Assembly: GCA_044432805.1 (NCBI GenBank)
Contig: JAWXUI010000004.1
Location: 1 to 56,011 of the forward strand
From: Mycoplasmatota bacterium
GTDB taxonomy: Bacteria > Bacillota_I > Bacilli_A > RF39 > UBA660
Length of the DNA: 56,011 nt
Reading direction: 5' to 3'
Shown in pieces: positions 1 through 9,042 of the stretch. The position numbers and the translations under genes were made by a program. Every line of letters starts with the position of its first letter. Within the stretch, counting starts at the first letter, position 1. The notes under the pieces are model-generated. The model was not told where the DNA came from. It saw nothing but the letters and a program-made list of their open reading frames with translations, and made no database searches.

Positions 1-747
1 GAAATAACAGAACTACTTGAACAATACTTAGATGTTAAAAGAGACTTTTCAATTACTAGTTTAGTTCGTTTATTTAGAAGTGTGACTAAAGAATATAGCG
101 AGCAATCATTAAAGGTTAGTATGTCTAATGATGAAATAAAACAAAAAGTCGTTTATGAAAATAACGAATTTAAAAAATATAAATATAAAAAAAGAATAAA
201 TAATAAATTAGATATTAAATATTATTCTATTTATGACGGAAAAAAAGGTTTTTCTTTAGTTGGAAGCGAACAAGAGATAAGATGGTATGATTATTCGAAA
301 TCGGCTTCATTATTATGTGATTTAGATAAAACAACAACTAGATTAAAAAGAATGAGATTATCTTTAGCTCCTAATTGCTATGCTATGATGCAATATTATA
401 AATCATTTTTTCAAAAAGAACTTAATTTAGAAACTTCAGAACAAGAAGTAACATACATGTTGATGATTCTAAGTGCTAATAATATAAATTTAGAAGATGA
501 AATAGAATTTTATAAAGAAAATAATGATTTTAGATCATTTAGAATTAGACAACTATTATCTCAGTTTAGAGAAAGTCATTATTCATTAAATGATCCTAGA
601 TATATACGTATATCTGAAACACAAAAAAAGACAACTGAAAATATAGGTGAAGAAATAATTAACTATATTTCTATTAATAACATTTCATTGAAGGACTTTT
701 GTATTTATTTAGCTGGACAAAATAAAGTAAAAAAATTACAAAAATAA
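1..747 (+). CDS. hypothetical protein, 5' end cut by window edge
   Basis: Frame 1 is open from base 1 (EITELLEQYLDVKRDF...) and runs into the listed 82..747 ORF. Stop TAA at 745-747. No motif recognised. Confidence 0.5.
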   Translation, partial: EITELLEQYLDVKRDFSITSLVRLFRSVTKEYSEQSLKVSMSNDEIKQKVVYENNEFKKYKYKKRINNKLDIKYYSIYDGKKGFSLVGSEQEIRWYDYSKSASLLCDLDKTTTRLKRMRLSLAPNCYAMMQYYKSFFQKELNLETSEQEVTYMLMILSANNINLEDEIEFYKENNDFRSFRIRQLLSQFRESHYSLNDPRYIRISETQKKTTENIGEEIINYISINNISLKDFCIYLAGQNKVKKLQK

Positions 748-790
748 TTGACATAATACATTTTATAATGTAACATTATAGATGTGCGAT

Positions 791-881
791 GGAGTAGTAC
801 TCAAGAGGCTGAAGAGGCGCCCCTGCTAAGGGTGTAGGTCGGGTAACTGGCGCGGAGGTTCAAATCCTCTCTACTCCGCCA
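791..881 (+). tRNA. tRNA-Ser (anticodon GCT), encoded CCA
   Basis: Acceptor GGAGTAG/CTACTCC. Anticodon stem CGCCC/GGGTG with loop CT-GCT-AA. Long variable arm. T arm GGAGG-TTCAAAT-CCTCT. Discriminator G plus CCA. Confidence 0.9.
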
Positions 882-895
882 TTTATAAAATTAAG

Positions 896-926
896 ACTTG
901 TTAAACATTTGTTTGCAAGTTTTTTT
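896..926 (+). terminator. intrinsic terminator after tRNA-Ser
   Basis: ACTTG..AAAC-ATTT-GTTT..CAAGT interrupted hairpin followed by a T7 run. Confidence 0.65.
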
Positions 927-950
927 ATATAAAATAAAAAGGAGTATAAT

Positions 951-1130
951 ATGACCTATACAAAAGAAGAAATAAAATTAATTAGAAAAAAAGTAATGGA
1001 TTTCTATTTATCAGCTATGCCATTTAATTACTTATCTGTAATAGATGTTGAAAGATGCGATAAGATGGATGATAATGAAATCATAGTTGAAGCAATAAAA
1101 TTAAAAATAATAACAAAAAAACCGTATTAA
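951..1130 (+). CDS. small hypothetical protein (59 aa), below ORF-track cutoff
   Basis: ATG at 951 lies 7 nt after AAAGGAG. Translation MTYTKEEIKLIRKKVMDFYLSAMPFNYL...KKPY, stop TAA 1128-1130. No homology recognised. Confidence 0.4.
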   Translation: MTYTKEEIKLIRKKVMDFYLSAMPFNYLSVIDVERCDKMDDNEIIVEAIKLKIITKKPY

Positions 1131-1141
1131 CGGCTTTTTTT
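1114..1141. terminator. weak bidirectional terminator between convergent genes
   Basis: A-run, CCG-TATTAA-CGG, T-run. Short GC core flanked by complementary A/T tracts. Overlaps the stop of the 59-aa ORF. Confidence 0.45.
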
Positions 1142-1994
1142 ATTGATACAATTCTAATCTAAGTAATTCAATATTTTCATTCATTATAGTAATATAAGTA
1201 TCTTTATTATTTCTTTGTGTTTCAGTTAAATTTGTTAATGTATTAAATTCAGCAATCTCTCCAATACCGTCATCTATTAACGATGCTACCGTATCACTTA
1301 AATCTTCATTTTTCTTTGTAAATATATAAGTTACTTCTCCAGAGTTAAGTAAAGTAGTCGCATCATATAATATTTTATCAGTAATGCTATCTTCATCTAG
1401 TGATATAACATTAAATCCATATTTTTCTAAATATTTAAATAAATCATCTGATGCAATAATAGTATTTCTACTTGATTCACTAACTAATAATTTTAATTTT
1501 GCATCTAAATTAGACATTTCTAATTTTAAAGTTTCATAATTTTCTTCAATTTCATTTTTTAAATAAGTATTTTCAATATATTCGTCAAATCCATTTCTTA
1601 TATTTTGAGCAATCATTAAGAAATTAGAAGGCTCCAACCATAACTCTTCAACAGAATAATTTATTTCCATACTTTCTCCAACATTAATGATTTTTAGATT
1701 TCCATTATAACTAAACATATCAGCAACATAATCTTTTTCTTCACTTAAACCATTAAATATAAATAAAGAAGAACTACTATAATCAGCAATTTGTTTATCT
1801 GTAAGTGAATAATCAAATATATTAACGCCATCTGGATAAATACTATAAACATTGCTATGTTCACCATATAACACACTAGTTATATACTCAATAGGGTATG
1901 CAGTTGTATATATATCAATATCCTCCATATTATCTCTTTTTAAACATCCCGTAAAAATAAGCGAGCATACTAGTAATAAAATTACCTTTTTCAT
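1140..1994 (-). CDS. lipoprotein with ZnuA/TroA-type (cluster A-I) solute-binding fold
   Basis: Lipobox signal MKKVILLLVCSLIFTGC. Segments YPIEYITSVLYG..V.SIYPDG....Y.LTDKQIADYSSSSLFIFNGLS and ASDDLFKYLEKYGF resemble metal-SBP blocks, but the usual His ligands are not seen. Confidence 0.6.
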   Translation of the reverse strand: MKKVILLLVCSLIFTGCLKRDNMEDIDIYTTAYPIEYITSVLYGEHSNVYSIYPDGVNIFDYSLTDKQIADYSSSSLFIFNGLSEEKDYVADMFSYNGNLKIINVGESMEINYSVEELWLEPSNFLMIAQNIRNGFDEYIENTYLKNEIEENYETLKLEMSNLDAKLKLLVSESSRNTIIASDDLFKYLEKYGFNVISLDEDSITDKILYDATTLLNSGEVTYIFTKKNEDLSDTVASLIDDGIGEIAEFNTLTNLTETQRNNKDTYITIMNENIELLRLELYQ

Positions 1995-2209
1995 TTTTTC
2001 CTTTCTGGCACAGGATCATATCCGCTTGTACCTAGTGGGTTACACTTTATTATTCTTTTAATTGTTAAATAACTTCCCTTAATACATCCGTATTCATCAA
2101 TAGCTTGGATTCCATAATTTGAACAAGTTGGAATATGTCTACAATAATTATGAAAGTCACCTGGAATAATTTGATAAAATTTAATTAGTTTTATTAAATA
2201 TCTTTTCAT
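1991..2209 (-). CDS. yidD: membrane protein insertion efficiency factor YidD
   Basis: 72 aa with FYQ..IPG.....CRH.PTCS.YG..AI...G..KG..L...RI.KCNP, the full-length YidD signature. Confidence 0.9.
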   Translation of the reverse strand: MKRYLIKLIKFYQIIPGDFHNYCRHIPTCSNYGIQAIDEYGCIKGSYLTIKRIIKCNPLGTSGYDPVPERKK

Positions 2210-2303
2210 ATTAACACCATACTAATTATACTAAAAAGTATAAAAAAAGTAAAATAAAATGAAAAACCATGAAAAATATAGTATAATGAGTAAGGTGATA
2301 CAA

Positions 2304-2966
2304 ATGGATTTATTAAATCAACTACAAATAGAAACAGAAAATAAAAAAATTTATGAAAAAGCTGTTACGCATACATCTTATGCAAATGAGAATGATACAG
2401 TTAGCTATGAGCGATTAGAATATTTAGGTGATGCTGTTTTAGAATTAATAATGACAGAATACTTATATAAGAATACTGAATTGCCAGAAGGTAAAATGAC
2501 TAAATTAAGAGCACATTATGTATGTGAAAATGCCCTTTATCAATATTCGTTAAAATTAAAATTAAATGAATATATTTTATTAGGTCATGGTGAAGAAGAA
2601 AACGGTGGACGATTGAGAAAAGCAATTGTCGCTGATATATTTGAAGCTGTTATAGGCGCAATGTTTTTAGATAAGGGAATAGACTTTGTTAAAAAGTTTA
2701 TGTATGATAATATAATTCCTTTAATTGAAAAAAATGAATTAAGTGCATTTGATGATTATAAATCCATTTTACAAGAATTAGTGCAAACTGATAAAAAAAG
2801 TTTAAAATATGAAATAATAGATGAAATTGGACCTTCACATAATAAAACATTTAGTGTTATAGTAAAAATAGATGAAGTTGTTTATGGTAAAGGTATGGCA
2901 CATAGTAAAAAAGAAGCAGAGCAAGAAGCTGCAAAAGATGTATTAAAAAAAGGAATTTTTGAATAG
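2304..2966 (+). CDS. rnc: ribonuclease III
   Basis: ERLEYLGDAVLEL signature plus C-terminal dsRBD (KKEAEQEAAKDVL). I prefer ATG 2304 (AAGGTG 6 nt upstream) over the track start 2259. Confidence 0.9.
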   Translation: MDLLNQLQIETENKKIYEKAVTHTSYANENDTVSYERLEYLGDAVLELIMTEYLYKNTELPEGKMTKLRAHYVCENALYQYSLKLKLNEYILLGHGEEENGGRLRKAIVADIFEAVIGAMFLDKGIDFVKKFMYDNIIPLIEKNELSAFDDYKSILQELVQTDKKSLKYEIIDEIGPSHNKTFSVIVKIDEVVYGKGMAHSKKEAEQEAAKDVLKKGIFE

Positions 2967-2976
2967 GAGATAAGTT

Positions 2977-3687
2977 ATGGGAAGAGCATATGAAGTAAGA
3001 AAAGCAAGTATAATGAAAACAGGGGCAGCGAAAGCGAAATTATATTCGACATACGCAAAAGAGATATATCAAGCTGCTAAATCTAGTACTGATATAGAAG
3101 CAAATCCAACTTTAAAAAGATTAGTTGAAAGAGCAAAAAAAGAACAAGTTCCAGGAGATGTTATAAAAAGAGCTATTGATAAAGTAAATAGTGGAGTAGA
3201 TGAAAATTATAGTCAAGTAACATATGAATTATTTGGACCTCATCAATCTACTTTATTAGTTGATTGTCTAACTGATAATATAAATAGAACAATAAGTTCT
3301 GTTCGTACAGTAATAAACAAATGTAATATTAAAATGGGAGCACTTGGAAGTATTAATTACATGTATGATCACGTGTGCATAGTTGGAGTAATGGATTCTA
3401 TAGATTCAGTTATGGATGTAATGATTGAAAATGATATTGATGTTATTGATATTGATCAAGAAGATGATTTGGTTGTTATAACAGCCGCACCTAATTTACT
3501 TTTTGCAATAAAAAACAGTTTGTTAAATTATAAAAAAGACATTGTTTTTGAACTAGATGAAATTACTAAATTGCCAAAAGATAAAATAACTTTAGATGAA
3601 ATACAAATGGTAGATTTTAACAAATTACTAAATATGTTAGAAGAAATAGAAGATGTTAGCAATGTATATCATAATGTAGAAATTTAA
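2977..3687 (+). CDS. yebC: YebC/PmpR family DNA-binding regulator
   Basis: N-terminus MGRAYEVRKASIMKTGAAKAKLYS..AKEI..AAK is characteristic of YebC. Length 236 aa. Confidence 0.9.
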   Translation: MGRAYEVRKASIMKTGAAKAKLYSTYAKEIYQAAKSSTDIEANPTLKRLVERAKKEQVPGDVIKRAIDKVNSGVDENYSQVTYELFGPHQSTLLVDCLTDNINRTISSVRTVINKCNIKMGALGSINYMYDHVCIVGVMDSIDSVMDVMIENDIDVIDIDQEDDLVVITAAPNLLFAIKNSLLNYKKDIVFELDEITKLPKDKITLDEIQMVDFNKLLNMLEEIEDVSNVYHNVEI

Positions 3688-3762
3688 AAACTAATTTGTT
3701 AGTTTTTTCTTTTGTATATAACAAAAATATGCTATACTTTAATTAAATGGGATGGTGATTAC

Positions 3763-5031
3763 ATGGATTTAGAACAACTCTTTTTAGCAGATACTTTCAT
3801 AGTAATCAACAATACTATAATTGATAGTAAAAGTGAAGATATTTTAATAAAATTATACCAACCAATCATCGGAGTAAATGCAATAGGTTTATATAAAACA
3901 CTAATTTCATATTTAGATATCCAACAAATTATGTCAAACGAAAATACTCATCAAGTTTTAGTGCTTTCAACTAAATTAAAATTAGAAAGTATTTTAAAAT
4001 ACAGAAAAATATTAGAAGCAATAGGTCTATTAAAAACTTATTTAAAAAAAGATGCAATTAATAGTTATGTTTATGAATTGCATGCACCGCTATCAGCAAG
4101 TGAATTTTTAAAACATCCTATATTAAACGCTATGTTTATAAACAATACTGATCAAAGAGAATATAAAAGAATAGTTAATTATTTTAAACAACCTAAAATG
4201 AGTCTAGCTAGTTATAATAATATAAGTGAAAAATTTAATAATATTTTTACTGTAAATCAAGTTTATGAAACTGAAAATATTGAAATAAAGAAAAAGAATA
4301 CTTTGAATATTGATATAAATTATACTTTGGATATTGTTAGTATATTAAATTTATTTCCAGATGAATTATTAAATAAAAAAACGATAACAAAAGAAACATT
4401 AGAATTAATAAACAGACTTTCTTTTTTATACGCCTTTAGTGACTCTTGCTTAGAACAAATAATTAGAAGTTCTTTAACACAAAATAAAACAATAGATAAA
4501 AAAAGTTTTGAAACTAATTGTCTTAATTTTTATAAATTTGAAAATAAAGGAAAACTACCAAATGTTATATTTAAAAATCAACCTGAAAATTTAAGAAAAG
4601 AAAATAAAAAAGATACTATGGTTGATAAAGTAATTCATACATATGAAGTAACAAGTCCTTATATATTTTTAAAAAGCAAGTTAAAAGGTGCTAAGTTAAG
4701 TCAAAATGATTTAGAAATATTAATATATCTTTCTGAGGATATGAAATTAAATGCTGGTGTTATAAATGTTTTAATTGACTATGTCCTTAGGGTTAATAAT
4801 AATAAGTTAATCAAAAAATTTGTTGGTATGGTTGCAACACAATGGAAATTAAGTGATATTAAAACTGTTGAAGAGGCAATGGAATTGTCTAAAAGGGAAA
4901 TTAAACAAAAGAAAAAAGTTGTTAAAAAAGAGAAAAAAGAACAACCTGCGTGGTTAGATAAAAAGATAGATGAAAAAAATGATCCTTTAAAACAAAAAGA
5001 ATTGGAAGATATGTTAAGTAAGTATAGTTAG
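3763..5031 (+). CDS. dnaB: replication initiation/membrane attachment protein (Bacillus DnaB-type, DnaD-like domains)
   Basis: Sits directly upstream of dnaI as in Bacilli. Size about 420 aa, Lys-rich tail. I prefer ATG 3763 (GGTGA upstream) over TTG 3712. Confidence 0.7.
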   Translation: MDLEQLFLADTFIVINNTIIDSKSEDILIKLYQPIIGVNAIGLYKTLISYLDIQQIMSNENTHQVLVLSTKLKLESILKYRKILEAIGLLKTYLKKDAINSYVYELHAPLSASEFLKHPILNAMFINNTDQREYKRIVNYFKQPKMSLASYNNISEKFNNIFTVNQVYETENIEIKKKNTLNIDINYTLDIVSILNLFPDELLNKKTITKETLELINRLSFLYAFSDSCLEQIIRSSLTQNKTIDKKSFETNCLNFYKFENKGKLPNVIFKNQPENLRKENKKDTMVDKVIHTYEVTSPYIFLKSKLKGAKLSQNDLEILIYLSEDMKLNAGVINVLIDYVLRVNNNKLIKKFVGMVATQWKLSDIKTVEEAMELSKREIKQKKKVVKKEKKEQPAWLDKKIDEKNDPLKQKELEDMLSKYS

Positions 5032-5041
5032 GAGGTATTTT

Positions 5042-5959
5042 ATGGATATTGAAAAAATGTATGGTGGCAAAATAAAAAAAACTGATTTAAAAAAAGAATA
5101 TTTAAAATCTCTTGAAGATGAAAATTTTAAAAAATTTGTTAGTAAAATTAATTTGCCAATGGAAGAAATGATGAAATATACTACTAGATTAGAGGAAAGT
5201 TGTTGTGAATATTCTAATTGTATGAATTGTACTTCTAAGCTAGATTGTAAAAATAAAATAAGTGGATATGCTCTGTTACCTACTATAAATAATAATCATT
5301 TAGTTTTTAATTATAAAGCTTGCAAATTTGAAAAAAAACAAATTAAAGAAGATAATTATAAAAAAAATGTTTTTACGTATGATATGCCTTCTAAAATATT
5401 AGATGCAAGTTTAAACAATATTTATAAAAAAGATACTACAAGAATAGAAGTAATAAAATATTTAATTGATTTTTTAGAGCAATATAAGTTAAATAAAAAT
5501 CCTAAAGGATTATATTTACATGGTAGTTTTGGAAGTGGTAAAAGTTTTTTAATTGCTGCTATTTTTAATGAATTAGCGAAAATAAATTATAAAAGTGCTA
5601 TTATCTTTTGGCCTGAATATTTATCTAATTTAAAATCTTCGTTTAATAGTGATTTTAAAGAAAAAAACTATTTTAAAGAAAAGTTAGAATATGTAAAAAA
5701 AGTTCCTTTGTTATTAATTGATGATATCGGAGCAGAAAATATAACAGCATGGAGCAGGGATGAAATTTTTTGTCCAATTGTTCAATATAGAATGGATAAT
5801 AATTTACCTACATTTTTCACTTCTAATTTAACATTAGATGAATTAGAAAGTCATATGAGAGGTAATACAAACGAAGTTGTTAAATCTAAAAGAATAATTG
5901 AAAGAATTAAACAACTTACTGAAAGTATGGAATTAGTTAGTAAAAATTTGAGAAAATAG
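5042..5959 (+). CDS. dnaI: primosomal helicase loader DnaI
   Basis: N-terminal Cys-rich zinc region (CCEYSNCMNCTSKLDC). Walker A GLYLHGSFGSGKSF. Walker B LLLIDDIGAE. Confidence 0.85.
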   Translation: MDIEKMYGGKIKKTDLKKEYLKSLEDENFKKFVSKINLPMEEMMKYTTRLEESCCEYSNCMNCTSKLDCKNKISGYALLPTINNNHLVFNYKACKFEKKQIKEDNYKKNVFTYDMPSKILDASLNNIYKKDTTRIEVIKYLIDFLEQYKLNKNPKGLYLHGSFGSGKSFLIAAIFNELAKINYKSAIIFWPEYLSNLKSSFNSDFKEKNYFKEKLEYVKKVPLLLIDDIGAENITAWSRDEIFCPIVQYRMDNNLPTFFTSNLTLDELESHMRGNTNEVVKSKRIIERIKQLTESMELVSKNLRK

Positions 5960-6053
5960 ATTTACATATATTTACATATTATAAAAATAATGGGTTAAGT
6001 ATAATTGCTTTTACATATATGATATTATATAATTATATTGTAAGGAGAAAAAT

Positions 6054-7484
6054 ATGGGGAATATAAAAAAAATATTATTTATTTTATTGTTATCTACTTT
6101 GCCAATCAGTGTAAATGCTGCAAGTGTTGAAGTAAATGACGAAACTGAATTGTATGAAGCGATAAAAGTAACAGAAAATGAGGTCATTTTAAAAGATGAT
6201 ATATCAGCTGATGTAATTATTGAAGAAGATACAAACATTACTATAGACTTAAATGGATTTACATTAACAAATGTTGTAAGTCATACTATCGTGAACAATG
6301 GTACATTAACTATAGAAGATAGCAGTACTTTAAAAACAGGTACAGTGGATAATGTAACAAACGCTAAAGCAGCGATTTATAATCAAAATGGTGGAGTTAT
6401 AACTTTAAATGGTGGAACATACACTCGTAGCTTAGAAAATGGAATTAATACAACAAATAATGGTGGTAATTCATTTTACAATATTGATAACTATAATGGT
6501 ACAATAACTATAAATGATGGTGTAACTGTATATCAAGATGGTAATTTTTCAAGTATGATTAGAAATAGTGGTAATTATAATGTATCTACTTTCAAAGGAA
6601 GTACTTTAATAATTAATGGCGGATCATTTACAGGTGGATTAAATACTGTAAAAAATGATGAACTTGGAGTTTTAACTATAAATGGTGGGGAGTTTACTAA
6701 TTCAACGCAAGGGACTATTTTAAATTGGTATATAACAACTATAAATGATGGAGTATTTAATAATGAAGGATATTCTGTTTTGATAAATGGTTATTATGAA
6801 CAAGATAGTTATAAAGGAACAATAATTGTTAATGGTGGAATTTTTAACGGAAGTATAATATTTGATCAAGTAACTAATTATTCTACAGGAACAATTTGGA
6901 ATATTAATGGTGGAACTTTTAATGCTACAAGCAGTTTGTTCTCAGCTGATGAGTTCCCAACTTTTGTTATAAAAGGTGGAAATTTTGGTTCAACAACAGA
7001 AGAAGTAAAAGTTGATACAACTGTAGATGAAATGACAGAAGTAGATGACGAAATAGAAGATGTTGTATTAGACGTTCTACCCGATACTGGAATATTATTA
7101 TCTTATTATGATATACAAGCAATTATGAATGTTGGTGATAGTGATTATTCTGTATCAGAACTTGACGAGGAAGTAACAATTCAATTGGACTATCCAACTG
7201 ATTTAGAAGATGTTAGTGAAGGATATGAAAGAACATTTTATCTTGTAAGAGTTCATGAAGGTGTAGCGACACTAATAGAAGGTAGTGTAAATGCAGAAGA
7301 TAAATTAGAATTTTCTAGTAACCAATTTTCTACTTATGCACTTACATATGTAGATAATTTAATAGAATCAAATCCACAAACTGGATTAAATCATCAAATG
7401 TATGCTATGTTATTATTAGCAGGAGTTGCGTTAACAACAGTAACTTTGTATACAATCAAAAAAACAAAAGAAATAAATAATTAA
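6054..7484 (+). CDS. cell-wall-anchored surface protein: beta-helix-like repeats plus NPQTG sorting signal
   Basis: Signal peptide MGNIKKILFILLLSTLPISVNA. Recurring (L/I/V)NGG.(F/Y)T units. C-terminal NPQTG (7371-7385), then a hydrophobic stretch, then KKTKE. Confidence 0.8.
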   Translation: MGNIKKILFILLLSTLPISVNAASVEVNDETELYEAIKVTENEVILKDDISADVIIEEDTNITIDLNGFTLTNVVSHTIVNNGTLTIEDSSTLKTGTVDNVTNAKAAIYNQNGGVITLNGGTYTRSLENGINTTNNGGNSFYNIDNYNGTITINDGVTVYQDGNFSSMIRNSGNYNVSTFKGSTLIINGGSFTGGLNTVKNDELGVLTINGGEFTNSTQGTILNWYITTINDGVFNNEGYSVLINGYYEQDSYKGTIIVNGGIFNGSIIFDQVTNYSTGTIWNINGGTFNATSSLFSADEFPTFVIKGGNFGSTTEEVKVDTTVDEMTEVDDEIEDVVLDVLPDTGILLSYYDIQAIMNVGDSDYSVSELDEEVTIQLDYPTDLEDVSEGYERTFYLVRVHEGVATLIEGSVNAEDKLEFSSNQFSTYALTYVDNLIESNPQTGLNHQMYAMLLLAGVALTTVTLYTIKKTKEINN

Positions 7485-7512
7485 ACTAATTAATAACTAT
7501 TAATTAGTTTTT
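7483..7512 (+). terminator. AT-rich hairpin terminator after surface-protein gene
   Basis: AAACTAATTAAT-aact-ATTAATTAGTTT (12 bp stem) running into a T tract. Confidence 0.5.
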
Positions 7513-7537
7513 CTATTATATTAGTTTAGGAGAAGAA

Positions 7538-8353
7538 ATGAGAACAAAAAGAAGAATTAAAAAAAAGATTATTACAATGCTTATTCTCATAGTAGAAATT
7601 AGTATAATAAGTTTTGCATCAGTTAAATTAATAGTTTTATATAAAGACTCTTATTCTATAAAAAAAATAGAACAAATAATAGATTCTTCAATAGTAGAAG
7701 AAGTAATAGAAGATGAGGAGTCGACAATTATAGTGGAAAATAGCGAACCAGAAGAGTCTTTATTTTTTCAATATGTACAAACACCATTAATAGATGTAAA
7801 TTTAGAAGAACTAATTGATCTAAATGATGAAACAGTTGGTTGGATAAAAGTGGGAGGTACAAGTGTAAATGCCCCATTTGTCCAAACAAATGATAATTCA
7901 TATTATCTTACTTATGATTTTTTAAATGAAAAAAATGTAAATGGTTGGATATTTGCAGACTATAGAAATAGTGTTGATTTGACAGATAAAAATTTAATAT
8001 TATATGGACATAATACAATTGATTCTTCAATCTTTGGTACACTAAAAACTGTTTTAGAGCAAAGCTGGTTTGATGATACTCAAAATCATATTATAAATAT
8101 GTCACTATCAAATGCTAATGCTTTATGGCAAGTTGTAAGTGTTTATAAGGTTGAAAGTACAATTGATTACATAGAAACTAATTTTACCGATGAATCATTT
8201 ATAGATTTTCTCGATTTAATATCGAATAGATCTATTTTTGACTTCAATACTACGTTATCAACAACAGATAAAATATTAACATTATCAACATGTTCAAGCA
8301 ACAATACAAGAGTAGTGCTACATGCAAAATTAATAAAATATACATTAAAGTAG
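7538..8353 (+). CDS. srtB: class B sortase
   Basis: N-terminal TM segment. LYGHN His motif, TLSTCS catalytic Cys motif, C-terminal RVVLHA Arg. Adjacent to the NPQTG substrate. Confidence 0.85.
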   Translation: MRTKRRIKKKIITMLILIVEISIISFASVKLIVLYKDSYSIKKIEQIIDSSIVEEVIEDEESTIIVENSEPEESLFFQYVQTPLIDVNLEELIDLNDETVGWIKVGGTSVNAPFVQTNDNSYYLTYDFLNEKNVNGWIFADYRNSVDLTDKNLILYGHNTIDSSIFGTLKTVLEQSWFDDTQNHIINMSLSNANALWQVVSVYKVESTIDYIETNFTDESFIDFLDLISNRSIFDFNTTLSTTDKILTLSTCSSNNTRVVLHAKLIKYTLK

Positions 8354-8416
8354 ACAATTAAATATATAATTATAAATGATATAATTTAAATAATAATCTT
8401 TAAGGAGGTATAAATT

Positions 8417-9025
8417 ATGAATTTAATAAAAGATACAACTGAAAACGAAATGATTTTGGAATTTTTAAAAGGAGAACTTAATTCTGTTAGATTTAATAGT
8501 AATCTGCTGAATGTATTAAAACAAAATAATATTTCTAGAAATATCATTGAAAATGGAGATATAAATAATAGTATACAAAATAATCAAAGATTAGAAGTGA
8601 TGAGCAAATATAGAGGTTATCCTAATAAAGATATATTTAATAATTTTCCTAATAATATAAATTGGAAATTCGTTCAGTTTGAAAAAGATGATATTAATAA
8701 AATAAATTATATTGATTATGATTCTTGGAATGAATTATCAAATAATACGTCTTTAGCTACAGAGGCAGCTAAAACTATAAATAAAGGAATAGAAATTTAT
8801 CAAGTATCAAATAAATCATTTCTTGATGGAATAAAATATTTAGAAAGTAATTTATTTCCTCCTATTATTTTAATTACTTGTAATGATAAAAAGTTTTTAA
8901 TAATCGAAGGTCATTCTAGAATGACGGTATACGGATTAACTCCAGACAAATTTAATAATAGTTATGGATTTATTGGATACTGTTCTATAGAAGAAATGAA
9001 AAAATATGATAGTAGAATGATATGA
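8417..9025 (+). CDS. hypothetical protein (202 aa)
   Basis: Strong RBS AAGGAGG. The only hint is LIIEGHSRMT, reminiscent of the ParB/Srx DGHHR motif. Very weak. Confidence 0.5.
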   Translation: MNLIKDTTENEMILEFLKGELNSVRFNSNLLNVLKQNNISRNIIENGDINNSIQNNQRLEVMSKYRGYPNKDIFNNFPNNINWKFVQFEKDDINKINYIDYDSWNELSNNTSLATEAAKTINKGIEIYQVSNKSFLDGIKYLESNLFPPIILITCNDKKFLIIEGHSRMTVYGLTPDKFNNSYGFIGYCSIEEMKKYDSRMI

Positions 9026-9042
9026 TAAAAGAGGTATAACTG

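Noticed and set aside
748-1130. tRNA-Ser as an integration site for a mobile element. The unknown ORFs at 1-747 and 951-1130 flank it.
   Set aside because: The window shows no integrase, no recognisable phage genes, and no direct repeat of the tRNA 3' end that I can find.
2259-2303. Longer N-terminal extensions in the ORF track: rnc 2259, dnaB 3712, rplK 43258, rplA 43717, methyltransferase 45708, methyltransferase 37070, rhodanese 28983, trpF 22813.
   Set aside because: In each case an internal ATG or GTG sits at proper distance from a GGAGG-like RBS and matches the conserved N-terminus of the family. The extensions overlap RBSs, promoters or upstream genes.
7077-7091. Internal LPDTG pentapeptide in the surface protein, looking like a sortase A signal.
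   Set aside because: It is followed by ILLSYYDIQAIMNVGDSDYS..., not by a hydrophobic TM segment plus basic tail, and 130 more residues follow it. The genuine sorting signal is the C-terminal NPQTG.
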